Assembly (NCBI GenBank): GCA_045616625.1
Contig: JAZLHA010000013.1
Location: 4,201-68,200 of the forward strand
Length of the DNA: 64,000 nucleotides
Source of the DNA: Candidatus Enterousia sp.
Lineage (GTDB): Bacteria > Pseudomonadota > Alphaproteobacteria > Rs-D84
Direction: 5' to 3'
This document shows positions 55,761 to 64,000 of this stretch, in pieces; positions within the stretch are counted from its first letter, which is position 1, and the number at the start of each line of letters is the position of its first letter. The notes under the pieces were generated by a model. The model was given only the letters and a program-made list of their open reading frames with translations. It had not been told where the DNA came from and ran no database searches. Position numbers and translations under genes: made by a program.

Positions 55761-56117
55761 ATGAAAAAAATATCAATAGTTACTTTGGCAATGGGTTTAA
55801 CATTTGGTTCTGCATTTGCCGGTCAAATGGGGCATAATAATAAAATGCATGCTGCGCCGTCGGTTATGATGGTCCAAGATATAACAATGTTGAATGATGA
55901 TTCACGTGTTGTTGTCCAGGGATACTTGGTTCAAAATATGGGAAATGATATTTATGTGTTCCAGGATGCAATGGGTGATAAAATAATGATTGATGTTGAT
56001 GATGATGCGTGGGGTGAAATAATGGTTGGTCCAAACGATATGATAACAATTATGGGCGAAGTAGATAAAAATGGCGATACCGTTATGATAGATGTTGATA
56101 GAATTAAAAAGATGTAA
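55761..56117 (+). CDS. YgiW/YdeI (bacterial OB-fold, BOF) family periplasmic protein
   Basis: It has a signal peptide plus VVVQGYLVQNMGNDIYVFQDAMGDKIMIDVDDDAW, which is typical of this family. Confidence 0.65.
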   Translation: MKKISIVTLAMGLTFGSAFAGQMGHNNKMHAAPSVMMVQDITMLNDDSRVVVQGYLVQNMGNDIYVFQDAMGDKIMIDVDDDAWGEIMVGPNDMITIMGEVDKNGDTVMIDVDRIKKM

Positions 56118-56132
56118 ATTTGTATATCAAAT

Positions 56133-56156
56133 AAAAACGCCCGATTGGGCGTTTTT
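56133..56156. terminator. Bidirectional hairpin terminator
   Basis: aaaaacgccc-gatt-gggcgttttt lies between convergent genes. Confidence 0.7.
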
Positions 56157-57237
56157 ATTTGTTTGTTAGTTTTAATTCTATACGTCTGTTTTGTTGTAAA
56201 TCATCAGGTGTATTACCCAACGCAAACGGATGTGTATCACCAAAACCTGATGGTAGTAAACGACGACGTGATACACCGTTTGTCGCCAATTCATTTACAA
56301 CGGCTGTTGCGCGTAATAATGATAATTCTGTGTTATCTTTATATGCTGCGGTTCCGGCAATTACAGATTTTTTATCGGTATGTCCATCAACACGAATCAA
56401 CCAATCAATATCAGATGGAATTTTGTTTTCAAAATCTTTGATAACATTTGCAAGTATGCGCAGTTGGTTTTTCCCAGATTCTGATAATGTGTATGAGCCT
56501 GATTTGAATAATATGTCGCTGGAAACGATAAATCTATCGCCATCGGCACGTAGTGTTGTCCTATCGCCCAATGCTTTTTTAACTTGTCTGTAAAAATCAG
56601 ATTGATATTGTGACATTTCGTTTAATTCTGCAACCTTGTCCGCCAGAGCGCGATTTAATCTGTTTGACATTTCGGCATATTCTACTTCTTGGGTGGCTGA
56701 CTTTTCTTCGGCTGCATCCAGGGCTGCTTGTAATCTTGCAATCTCGGCATGTAATTCGTCAGCCTGTTCTGCACTTAATGTTTCAGAATTTGATTGTTCC
56801 GCAACAAGTGCATTTAATTCGGTGGCAAGTTCGTTTAATTCCGCTTGTGCTGAATCGGTTTGTGATTGTAGTTCTTTTATCTTGGCTTCGTACGCACCGA
56901 CTAAATCATTAATACTAAGGTTAATGTCAGATATTTCAGCATTTAATTTATCGTTGTTCGTTGCCAAGTTTTCCAATTCATCGCGTGCAATAACAAGTAA
57001 TGAATTAGCCTCTGCGGTGTCTGCAGACATTTGTTGAATAGATGCCGCCTGTTCAGCGTTTATTTGACGTAAGTCAGCCATTTCCTTGGCAGTATTAGAT
57101 TTGTTGAAAACATTTGTGGTTGTCCATAAAAATACAAATACAATCAACAAAAATATCAAAATAATTACAAGATTGGAAAACAGGTCAACGAATCCTGGCC
57201 ATGCACTTGTCTGATTTCTAAAACGTATGTTTAACAT
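56155..57237 (-). CDS. MotB/OmpA-like peptidoglycan-binding protein with N-terminal TM and a long coiled coil
   Basis: It has a TM segment (LVIILIFLLIVFVFLW), about 170 aa of heptad-like Ala/Glu/Leu/Gln sequence, and an OmpA-like C-terminus (TELSLLRATAVVNELATNGVSRRRLLPSGFGDTHP...NRRIELKL). Confidence 0.7.
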   Translation of the reverse strand: MLNIRFRNQTSAWPGFVDLFSNLVIILIFLLIVFVFLWTTTNVFNKSNTAKEMADLRQINAEQAASIQQMSADTAEANSLLVIARDELENLATNNDKLNAEISDINLSINDLVGAYEAKIKELQSQTDSAQAELNELATELNALVAEQSNSETLSAEQADELHAEIARLQAALDAAEEKSATQEVEYAEMSNRLNRALADKVAELNEMSQYQSDFYRQVKKALGDRTTLRADGDRFIVSSDILFKSGSYTLSESGKNQLRILANVIKDFENKIPSDIDWLIRVDGHTDKKSVIAGTAAYKDNTELSLLRATAVVNELATNGVSRRRLLPSGFGDTHPFALGNTPDDLQQNRRIELKLTNK

Positions 57238-57274
57238 TTTCTTCTCTCTCTTGGTTTGCTGTTTTTATCAGCGG

Positions 57275-58006
57275 TTAATTGTTGTTTCGTCGTGTTATTT
57301 CGCGTGTTGATAAATTTATTTGCGGTATCGAATCGGATAATTCAGTGTGCGCCGATAAATAATCTTCAAGTTCACGAAAGATTCCATTCTGTGCCAGTTG
57401 AACATGTAATCCCAAAAATCCAACAGATAAACTAAATGCCAAACCAAGCAGCGAACTTGTAAAAGCGGTTGCCATACCTGATAAGGGTTGACTTAATCCC
57501 GCCTGCATAGTATTTAAAACCGATTCACTTGAAAAATCCAATGCCGCAATCAAATTTGAAAAACCGCCAACCGTCACAATCAATCCCCAAAACGTTCCAA
57601 GCAATCCTAAAAATATAAGTGTGTTTGTTATGTAACGCACAGATTCACGCGAATCTTCGAATCGGACCATTATCATATCCATGCACCCCTGGAGTGTGTT
57701 TGTTGTAATTTTTGATGGGTTTGTTCGCAATAGCATTGCAACCGGTTTAAGCAGAATAGGTGGTGTTGGTGCATTTTTATTTCCACGTAAAAATGCCGAC
57801 AACCAACGATATTCAGGTAATAATTTGAACATTTCGGTAAAGCATAGCCCGATTCCAAAAATTCCGGTGCCAATAATTATTCCATTTAATATGACATTTG
57901 AAATCGCAATAGAAATAAATTGATTCCAAAACAAAATCACCCCGGCAACCAATAAAGCCGTGAAAAACGCCATTCTATTAAGGGTTCTATGAAAATGATT
58001 TGTCAT
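57275..58006 (-). CDS. MotA/TolQ/ExbB proton-channel family protein
   Basis: The start was moved to MTNHFHRTL. It has 3-4 TM segments and the family motif IFLGLLGTFWGLIVTVGG. Confidence 0.7.
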   Translation of the reverse strand: MTNHFHRTLNRMAFFTALLVAGVILFWNQFISIAISNVILNGIIIGTGIFGIGLCFTEMFKLLPEYRWLSAFLRGNKNAPTPPILLKPVAMLLRTNPSKITTNTLQGCMDMIMVRFEDSRESVRYITNTLIFLGLLGTFWGLIVTVGGFSNLIAALDFSSESVLNTMQAGLSQPLSGMATAFTSSLLGLAFSLSVGFLGLHVQLAQNGIFRELEDYLSAHTELSDSIPQINLSTREITRRNNN

Positions 58007-58138
58007 AAAATCTCTCTTTATTACTAAATGATAGTAAATAACAGGATTTAATGTCAATAAAGAATTGAAAGAAAACACTTGTTTAGATTCCTGAAAAAAT
58101 GTAAAATATATTCAGTACAAAAAAGAGGAGATGTAATA

Positions 58139-58768
58139 ATGCCAGCAAAAAAAACTAAAAAAACAGCAACTGTGAAGAAAGCACCTGCAAAAAAAGTAGC
58201 AGTTAAAAAACCTGTGGTAAAGAAAGCAACAGTAAAGAAACTTGTGGCAAAAAAAGCAGTGGTAAAGAAAAATGTCAAAAAAGTAGCGCATGTAGTTGCA
58301 ACACCTAAACAACAACAAATGGTTTCTTTTGGTGATGCCGTTGCAAATTTCTTTCATAAATATTTCGTTTTTTCTGGAACTGCACAACGTAGTGAATATT
58401 GGTGGGTTGTGTTGTTTAATGTAATGGTTTATGCAGTTTTGAGTGGAATTGCTGTTTCACTTGAATTTTTGGTGATTAGCCCAGTTTGGTCTTGGCTTAT
58501 TGATGTTTGGAACCTGTTTATATTTATACCAACGATTGCGTTGGTTTGCCGTCGCTTCCATGATATCGGTCATAGTGGTAAATGGCAGTGGTTCAATTTG
58601 GTATGGTTGGTTGCGTTTATATTATCAAGTGTTGGTCTTATGAGAAATGACTTGCCAATGATGACAACAGCGACTACATTTGCTTTTGTTGGACTTATCT
58701 GGTCGGTGGTAGCACTGGTTTGGAAATTGTTGCCGTCAAAGTTTGAAAATAACAAATATCGCAAATAA
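58139..58768 (+). CDS. DUF805 (YhaH-like) membrane protein with a histone-H1-like Lys/Ala/Val-rich N-terminal tail
   Basis: The start at MPAKKTKK is preceded by AGAGGAG. It has KK(A/P)x(V/A)KK repeats for about 60 aa, then GTAQRSEYWWVVLF...CRRFHDIGHSGKW, which is typical of DUF805. Confidence 0.65.
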   Translation: MPAKKTKKTATVKKAPAKKVAVKKPVVKKATVKKLVAKKAVVKKNVKKVAHVVATPKQQQMVSFGDAVANFFHKYFVFSGTAQRSEYWWVVLFNVMVYAVLSGIAVSLEFLVISPVWSWLIDVWNLFIFIPTIALVCRRFHDIGHSGKWQWFNLVWLVAFILSSVGLMRNDLPMMTTATTFAFVGLIWSVVALVWKLLPSKFENNKYRK

Positions 58769-58887
58769 TAAAGCGCACCGCTTGGTGCGTTTTTTTCTTG
58801 CATTTTATAAAGGAAATGCCATAATTATGCCGTTCCTGCTGATGACATGGGGTCGTCGGCCGAATAAAATAGACCAAAGGAAATAAA

Positions 58888-59235
58888 ATGGCTTACTATG
58901 AAAGTGTCTTGGTTTTTCGCCAGGACTTGACCGAAACGCAGGTTAAAGAAAAAGCGTCTAAATTCACTGAAATTATCAAGGAATTGGGTGGAAATGTTAA
59001 ATCTACTGAATTCTGGGGATTGAAAAATTTGGCTTATGTAATTCGCAAGAATCACAAGGCACACTATGTTATGTTGAATATTGAATTGTCTGGTTCACAA
59101 ATCACAGAATTGGAACGTCGCAGCCGTATTGACGAAGACGTTATTCGTTTCTTGAATGTTCGTGTTGATGAATTATCTACAACACCATCTATTATGATGA
59201 AAAAGAATCCTGACACAGAAGAAGAGGTGGCATAA
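58888..59235 (+). CDS. rpsF: 30S ribosomal protein S6
   Basis: [21 protein letters not shown]...[24 protein letters not shown]. Confidence 0.92.
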   Translation: MAYYESVLVFRQDLTETQVKEKASKFTEIIKELGGNVKSTEFWGLKNLAYVIRKNHKAHYVMLNIELSGSQITELERRSRIDEDVIRFLNVRVDELSTTPSIMMKKNPDTEEEVA

Positions 59236-59462
59236 TGGCAGTTCGTGCAGCAATTTATCGTAAAAAATCTAACCCCTTAAAGGGCAAGGTTATTGATTAC
59301 AAAGATATCAAATCTTTGTCACACTATATCACAGAACGTGGTAAAATTGTTCCATCACGTATTAGTGGTGTTTCTCAGAAAGATCAACGTGCTTTGGCGA
59401 CCGCTATTAAACGCGCACGTCATTTGGGCTTGTTGCCTTTCGTTAGAAATAATTTGGGCTAA
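59235..59462 (+). CDS. rpsR: 30S ribosomal protein S18
   Basis: [50 protein letters not shown]. Confidence 0.92.
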   Translation: MAVRAAIYRKKSNPLKGKVIDYKDIKSLSHYITERGKIVPSRISGVSQKDQRALATAIKRARHLGLLPFVRNNLG

Positions 59463-59499
59463 AAAACGCTCTAACTTTGATAAATAAAGGACAGATAAA

Positions 59500-60069
59500 A
59501 TGAAAGTTATATTGACAGAAAAAATTGCAAAATTAGGCAACATTGGCGACACTGTTGAAGTTAAAACAGGTTTCGCACGCAACTATTTGTTGCCAAACAA
59601 CAAAGCAATGCGTTTCACAAAAGAAAATGTTGCATTGTTTGAATCTAAAAAGGCTGAATTACAGGCTCGTCAAGATGCAGCACGCAAAACGGCTGAATCT
59701 TTGGTTGATGCGGTTAAAGGTGCAAAATTGCATATGATTCGCCAGGCTGGTGATACCGGTCAATTGTATGGTTCTGTATCAACACGTGATATTGCACGTA
59801 TGTTGAAAGAAGTTGCAAATGTTTCTGTGGAATCTGCCCAGGTTATGTTGGGTGCTCCAATTAAAACTATTGGTGCATTTGATACTCAGATTGCTTTGCA
59901 TCCAGATGTTATCGTTCCTGTAAAGATTTATGTCGCACAAACTCAGGACGAAATTGATGCATTGGTTGCAGGCAAGGTTTTGACTTTCGGAATTAAACAG
60001 GTTGAAGAAGAAGCGGCCGCCGAAGAAAAAACTGAGGTTGTAGAAGAAAAACCAGCAGATGCAGAATAA
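59500..60069 (+). CDS. rplI: 50S ribosomal protein L9 with an acidic C-terminal tail
   Basis: MKVILTEKIAKLGNIGDTVEVKTGFARNYLLPNNKA. Confidence 0.92.
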   Translation: MKVILTEKIAKLGNIGDTVEVKTGFARNYLLPNNKAMRFTKENVALFESKKAELQARQDAARKTAESLVDAVKGAKLHMIRQAGDTGQLYGSVSTRDIARMLKEVANVSVESAQVMLGAPIKTIGAFDTQIALHPDVIVPVKIYVAQTQDEIDALVAGKVLTFGIKQVEEEAAAEEKTEVVEEKPADAE

Positions 60070-60087
60070 TATATTTTGTATAAAAAT

Positions 60088-60116
60088 AAAAAGGGTGCAG
60101 ATTTGCACCTTTTTTA
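60088..60116 (+). terminator. Rho-independent terminator after rplI
   Basis: ggtgca-gatt-tgcacc is flanked by an A-run and a T-run. Confidence 0.75.
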
Positions 60117-60151
60117 TTTATCTTTTGTTATGATTGTTTATAATAACTATT

Positions 60152-60801
60152 ATGAAATTTGAATCCGATGGTATTTTAATTGGTGTTAAACCGTTTGGCG
60201 AACGCGATATTATTGCAAAGTTTTTTTCGCGTGATTGTGGTATGTGCTCTGCGGAATGATAAAGGGTGGGACAAAAAACAAAAAAAATCCGCCGTTGGTT
60301 GGGTGTATAGGTCATGCGATTTGGACTGCGCGTCTTGATTCTCAGTTGGGCGCACTGCATTGGGAAATAGGTAAAAATTTGACTATAAAATTTTTGAGTA
60401 ATCCAGAATCTTTATCTTTTATGAATTCTGCGTTTGCTTTGTTAGATGTTTTAATTCCAGAAAGGGAAATATATACACAATTGTATGATGATACATTTCA
60501 TTTATTATGCAAACTTGGTGAAAATAGCGATAGTGATGAATATCTAAGATGGGAAATAAATTTGTTGGCGCATTTGGGTTATGCTGTTGATTTATCGCAT
60601 TGTTCGGGTTGTGGTGGAATAACTAATCTGAATTTTTTATCACCCAGGACTGCGCGTGCGGTATGTGATAAATGCGCACAACCTTATTTGAATAAATTAT
60701 ATCGTTTACCGATGAACCTAAATACAACGATGTGTTTTCTGGAAAATATATGTGCGCAACAGGGAACTGAATTGCCGTATTTTCGCAAAATTATAAAATG
60801 A
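60152..60801 (+). pseudogene. recO: recO interrupted by a frameshift (pseudogene, sequencing error, or recoding)
   Basis: The frame from the ATG at 60152 gives MKFESDGILIGVKPFGERDIIAKFFSRDCGMCSAE and stops at 60257-60259. The rest of RecO (..GMIKGGTKNKKNPPL...CSGCG...) continues in another frame in ORF 60235..60801. The shift must lie between 60235 and 60257. Confidence 0.7.
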
Positions 60802-60881
60802 TATTTTTTCACATTTAGTGCTTGCGCTTTTAAATAAATTTGTCTATTGTTATATCGTTCAAACAAACAAAGGAGAAAACT

Positions 60882-61703
60882 ATGACTTGGACAATACTAG
60901 TATTGTTGATTGCTATAGCTCTGTACTTGTTTGGCGGTATGCTAATCAAGGACGGCGGTAAAAAAGCATCAGCTAATTCAATCTGGATGAAAAAGGTTAT
61001 CAAACTGCTTTCCATTCTGTTGATTGCAGGATGTGTTTGCCGTTTATATACACCAATTTATCTAGTTCACACTAACCCGATGATTTTGCAAGAAGTCGTC
61101 ACCAGTATGCAAGAAAAACAGAGTGCTGTGAAAAACAAAATGATTCGTAAATACGTTCGTTCTCATGGTGCAGAAATGGTTGAAAACGCACCTGTATTAG
61201 GTAACGTTGATGCAGAAAAGACGATTTATATCTGGACAGATTTCTCTTGCCCATATTGCCGTCGTGTTCATGGCGAATTAGAACGTGTATTGGCTGATCG
61301 TAGCGACGTTCGCGTTGTTATCAAAAACTTCTCTATCCATGGTGCTTTGTCTGATGCTCCTGCACGTGCAGTTATTGCTGCAAAAATGCAAAGCAATGAA
61401 ATGGCTGCTAAATTGGCAAGTGCTTTGATGACAAAAGAATACTTCTCGCCTGCTGATATGAAAGATCAGGCTAAATTGGGTGACAAAGTCAAAGCAAACG
61501 TCATGAAGTTTGCAAAAGAAGTTGGCTTGGATACCAAGAAATTAGCAGAAGATATGGATAGCGCAATTGTTAGCAAAGAATTGTTGAATGTTCGTCAATT
61601 GGCTCAACAATTTGAAATCAGCGGAACACCATTCTTGATTGTTCAAGAACAGGCTTTCCCTGGTGCAGTTCCATACGAACAGATTATTGATGCGTTGAAT
61701 TAA
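60882..61703 (+). CDS. DsbA-family thiol:disulfide oxidoreductase, membrane-anchored
   Basis: The start at MTWTILVLLIAIALYLF is preceded by AAAGGAG. It has the CxxC active site in WTDFSCPYCRRVH and GTPFLIV near the C-terminus. Confidence 0.75.
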   Translation: MTWTILVLLIAIALYLFGGMLIKDGGKKASANSIWMKKVIKLLSILLIAGCVCRLYTPIYLVHTNPMILQEVVTSMQEKQSAVKNKMIRKYVRSHGAEMVENAPVLGNVDAEKTIYIWTDFSCPYCRRVHGELERVLADRSDVRVVIKNFSIHGALSDAPARAVIAAKMQSNEMAAKLASALMTKEYFSPADMKDQAKLGDKVKANVMKFAKEVGLDTKKLAEDMDSAIVSKELLNVRQLAQQFEISGTPFLIVQEQAFPGAVPYEQIIDALN

Positions 61704-61766
61704 TGTGTTTAATAATTGAAATAAAAAATGCGCTTGTAAAAGCGCGTTTTTTATTGTTTATAATTT

Positions 61767-64000
61767 TTATTTACCCCATTCAGTTCCGATTGTGTATTCT
61801 GCAACCAATGGCACAGATAATTTAGTTATGTGTTCCATTTTGTCTTTGATTAAATTTGCAAAATGTTGTGCGACCAATTCTTCACATTCAAATACTATTT
61901 CGTCGTGAACTTGCATAATCATACGAATTTTATCAGCATTCGGTTTGATTATATCTTTATCAATTTCAACCAGTGCATATCGCATTAAATCAGCCTCGAA
62001 CCCCTGAATTGGTGCGTTTATTGCGGCACGCAGTGCGTATGCTCGCATACGTTGATTGTTTGTTTCTGGTAATTCAATACGGCGTCCCCACGGTGTATAA
62101 ACATACGCGTTTTCAGAAGCGAATTTCTTTATGTTGTCGATATATGTTTTAACTTCTGGCAAACCGTTCATATATGAATCTATTATTCTGTGAGCATCCG
62201 CACGTGAAATCCCGAGTTGGGATGACAACCCAAAAGATGATACGCCATAGATAATTGAAAAGTTCACTGTTTTTGCAGCACGCCGTAGTTCGCGTGGCAC
62301 AGGTTGGTCGTTTGCTATATTGAATATTTTGTGTGCTGTTTGTTCGTGAATATCGGTGCCATTCTGGAAAGTTTCCTTGAATGTTTTAACATCTGCGACA
62401 TCTGCGAGCAACCTTAACTGTATTTGCGAATAATCCACAGATATTAGGACGCGTCCCTGTGGCGCAACAAAGCATTTACGAATTTCTTCGCCGAGTTCCG
62501 TTTTAATCGGAATGTTTTGTAAATTCGGATCGCGCGAAGACAGGCGACCTGTATTCGTACTCGTTTGCATATATGTTGTATGAATACGACCGTCACCGGC
62601 GATTTGCTTCGGCAGCGAATCAGTATAAGTCCCAGCGAGTTTTGCAACAGAACGCCAATTCAAAATCTTTTCAATTATTGGATGCGAATCGGATAAGTCG
62701 TTAAGTGTATCTGCATCGGTTGAACGTTTTTTATTCGCTGGCAATTTTAATTCATCAAACAATACAGATGCGAGTTGTTTAGGACTCGCAATATTGAATT
62801 CGTGTCCAACAAGTTCAAATACTTCTTTTTGTAATTTATCAAGTTGATTATGAAACACGTTGGACAAATCGCCCAGGCGTGATTGGTTTATCAAAACACC
62901 GTTGCGTTCAAGCTTGGTTAGAACCGGCAACAACGGCAAATCGCATATTTCATATAAATGCTTTAACTTTTCGTTGTTGTCCAATTGTGGGCGCATTAAA
63001 TTATAAAGTGCGAAACAAATACACGCATCTTCGGCGGCGTATGGGGTCGCAGTTTCAATATCAAGTGTGTTAAAACATCTGTCGCTATCGCGAACGTCTG
63101 GCTTAAACAAAGATGCAAATGAAATATTATTGTGATTAAGATATTTCAGCGCGATTTCATCCAATCCATGCCCATGAAGCGTTCCGTGCAAAATATAAGA
63201 CAACAACATTGTGTCATCAATGTTTGTGATTTGTTCTATGTCCCAACCCTCGTTCGCCAAAATATGTAAATCGTATTTTAGGTTATGACCAACCTTTATA
63301 ATATTTTTATCAGTAAGTATCGGCCACAATTTTTTATACACAGTTTGCAAATCAATTTGATTTGGGCTGGATATTGTTTCGCCGAATAAATCAGACTTTG
63401 TCCCAATGTGTCGTAATGGAATATAAGCGCCATGATTTTCGTCGTACGCGATTGACATACCAACCATTTTAGCACTCATTTGATTTAATCCGGTTGTTTC
63501 GGTATCTATGGCGACAACATTTTTTATTTTTGATAAAAATTTATCAAATCCAGATTCGGTTGTTATTGTTTCAAATTCCATTTCTATGTTTTTAGATTCT
63601 GGGGTTGCCGCAACAACAAAGTCGGTTGGACATTGGGATCCCGGATAAGAAAATGGTGCGCTGGGCGCGGAATCTGTATTTGGAAATAGTTTTAGAATTT
63701 TGTCGGATAACGATTTACTTTCAACCTGCACACGCATAAATTCCAGCGCAGATTTAGTATCAAAAACAAAAGGCGTTATATTTAATCCGTCCAGATTTAC
63801 ATCTGTTTTTAGTGTGACGAGTTTGCGCGAAACATACGCCATATCTTTGCTGGCAGTCAGCATATTGCGAATGCGTTCGTTTTTTACATCGTCAATGTGT
63901 GCATACAGGTTGTCTAAATCGCCAAATTCAGAAATTAGTTCAGTTGCTTTTTTCGGGCCAATACCGGCAACACCCGGAACGTTATCAGACGAATCGCCCA
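61767..64000 (-). CDS. polA: DNA polymerase I (N-terminal part of the 5' nuclease domain lies beyond the window end)
   Basis: The 3'-5' exonuclease-like and polymerase domains are present (RRAAKTVNFSIIYG, QVHDEIVFE). The reading frame stays open upstream of the first Met to position 64000 (GDSSDNVPGVAGIGPKKA, the H3TH motif of the 5' nuclease). Confidence 0.9.
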   Translation of the reverse strand, partial: GDSSDNVPGVAGIGPKKATELISEFGDLDNLYAHIDDVKNERIRNMLTASKDMAYVSRKLVTLKTDVNLDGLNITPFVFDTKSALEFMRVQVESKSLSDKILKLFPNTDSAPSAPFSYPGSQCPTDFVVAATPESKNIEMEFETITTESGFDKFLSKIKNVVAIDTETTGLNQMSAKMVGMSIAYDENHGAYIPLRHIGTKSDLFGETISSPNQIDLQTVYKKLWPILTDKNIIKVGHNLKYDLHILANEGWDIEQITNIDDTMLLSYILHGTLHGHGLDEIALKYLNHNNISFASLFKPDVRDSDRCFNTLDIETATPYAAEDACICFALYNLMRPQLDNNEKLKHLYEICDLPLLPVLTKLERNGVLINQSRLGDLSNVFHNQLDKLQKEVFELVGHEFNIASPKQLASVLFDELKLPANKKRSTDADTLNDLSDSHPIIEKILNWRSVAKLAGTYTDSLPKQIAGDGRIHTTYMQTSTNTGRLSSRDPNLQNIPIKTELGEEIRKCFVAPQGRVLISVDYSQIQLRLLADVADVKTFKETFQNGTDIHEQTAHKIFNIANDQPVPRELRRAAKTVNFSIIYGVSSFGLSSQLGISRADAHRIIDSYMNGLPEVKTYIDNIKKFASENAYVYTPWGRRIELPETNNQRMRAYALRAAINAPIQGFEADLMRYALVEIDKDIIKPNADKIRMIMQVHDEIVFECEELVAQHFANLIKDKMEHITKLSVPLVAEYTIGTEWGK

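Noticed and set aside
56155-58006. A Zorya (ZorAB) anti-phage system.
   Set aside because: ZorA is a much larger protein carrying the long coiled-coil tail, whereas here the coiled coil is on the MotB-like partner. No ZorC/ZorD-type (or ZorE) genes are adjacent, and the flanks are housekeeping genes.
1-64000. CRISPR arrays, rRNA genes, and IS elements or transposases with terminal inverted repeats.
   Set aside because: No regularly spaced direct repeats of 24-40 nt, no rRNA-like conserved stretches and no transposase-like ORFs were seen. The only recombinase is the serine recombinase at 21998..23620.

Overview
This is an AT-rich bacterial chromosome segment. The gene content (a CcrM-type methyltransferase with a C-terminal extension, rpsF-rpsR-rplI without ssb, nrdR, clpP-clpX, clpB, lgt, polA) fits a low-GC alphaproteobacterium best, but that is inference only. 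The housekeeping blocks are rpmB, clpB, rpsU, a DUF1015 gene, glyQS, a ferredoxin, a BI-1 family gene and lgt; then ccrM, nrdR, slt, rnhB, pgk, clpP and clpX; then infA; then rpsF-rpsR-rplI, recO, a DsbA-like gene and polA. Five tRNAs are present: Leu-CAA, Ala-UGC, Gln-CUG, Glu-UUC and Ser-UGA. Accessory DNA interrupts these blocks in four places. (1) An integrated element of about 18-20 kb lies next to tRNA-Ser (about 20.96 to 39-41 kb). It carries a large serine recombinase with a DUF2924 partner. It also carries a translationally coupled operon of B12-type radical SAM, LysRS/EpmA-like aaRS paralog, radical SAM and HAD genes, convergent with an MccF-like S66 peptidase. Further along are a two-methylase restriction-modification operon with an ApeA-like HEPN gene, and a coupled soluble plus 4-TM gene pair. 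A PD-(D/E)xK nuclease gene follows, preceded by a promoter, a GC-rich multi-helix leader of about 175 nt and an intrinsic terminator; this is riboswitch-like architecture that I cannot assign to a known class. The element ends with ParB-methylase and DUF5681-like phage remnants. (2) Five large secreted cysteine-rich paralogs sit in two clusters (0.3-2.6 kb and 48.3-55.7 kb). (3) An accessory segment of about 3 kb lies between tRNA-Gln and tRNA-Glu and contains two kinds of imperfect direct repeats. (4) A zeta-toxin-like kinase operon ends in a triple ACP-like protein. Other oddities are a clpB lacking the N-domain, a frameshifted recO, an ankyrin plus subtilase-like autotransporter with a non-canonical active-site motif, and an orphan MotA/MotB-like pair. 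All functional calls rest on motif reading of the translations. No database search was run.
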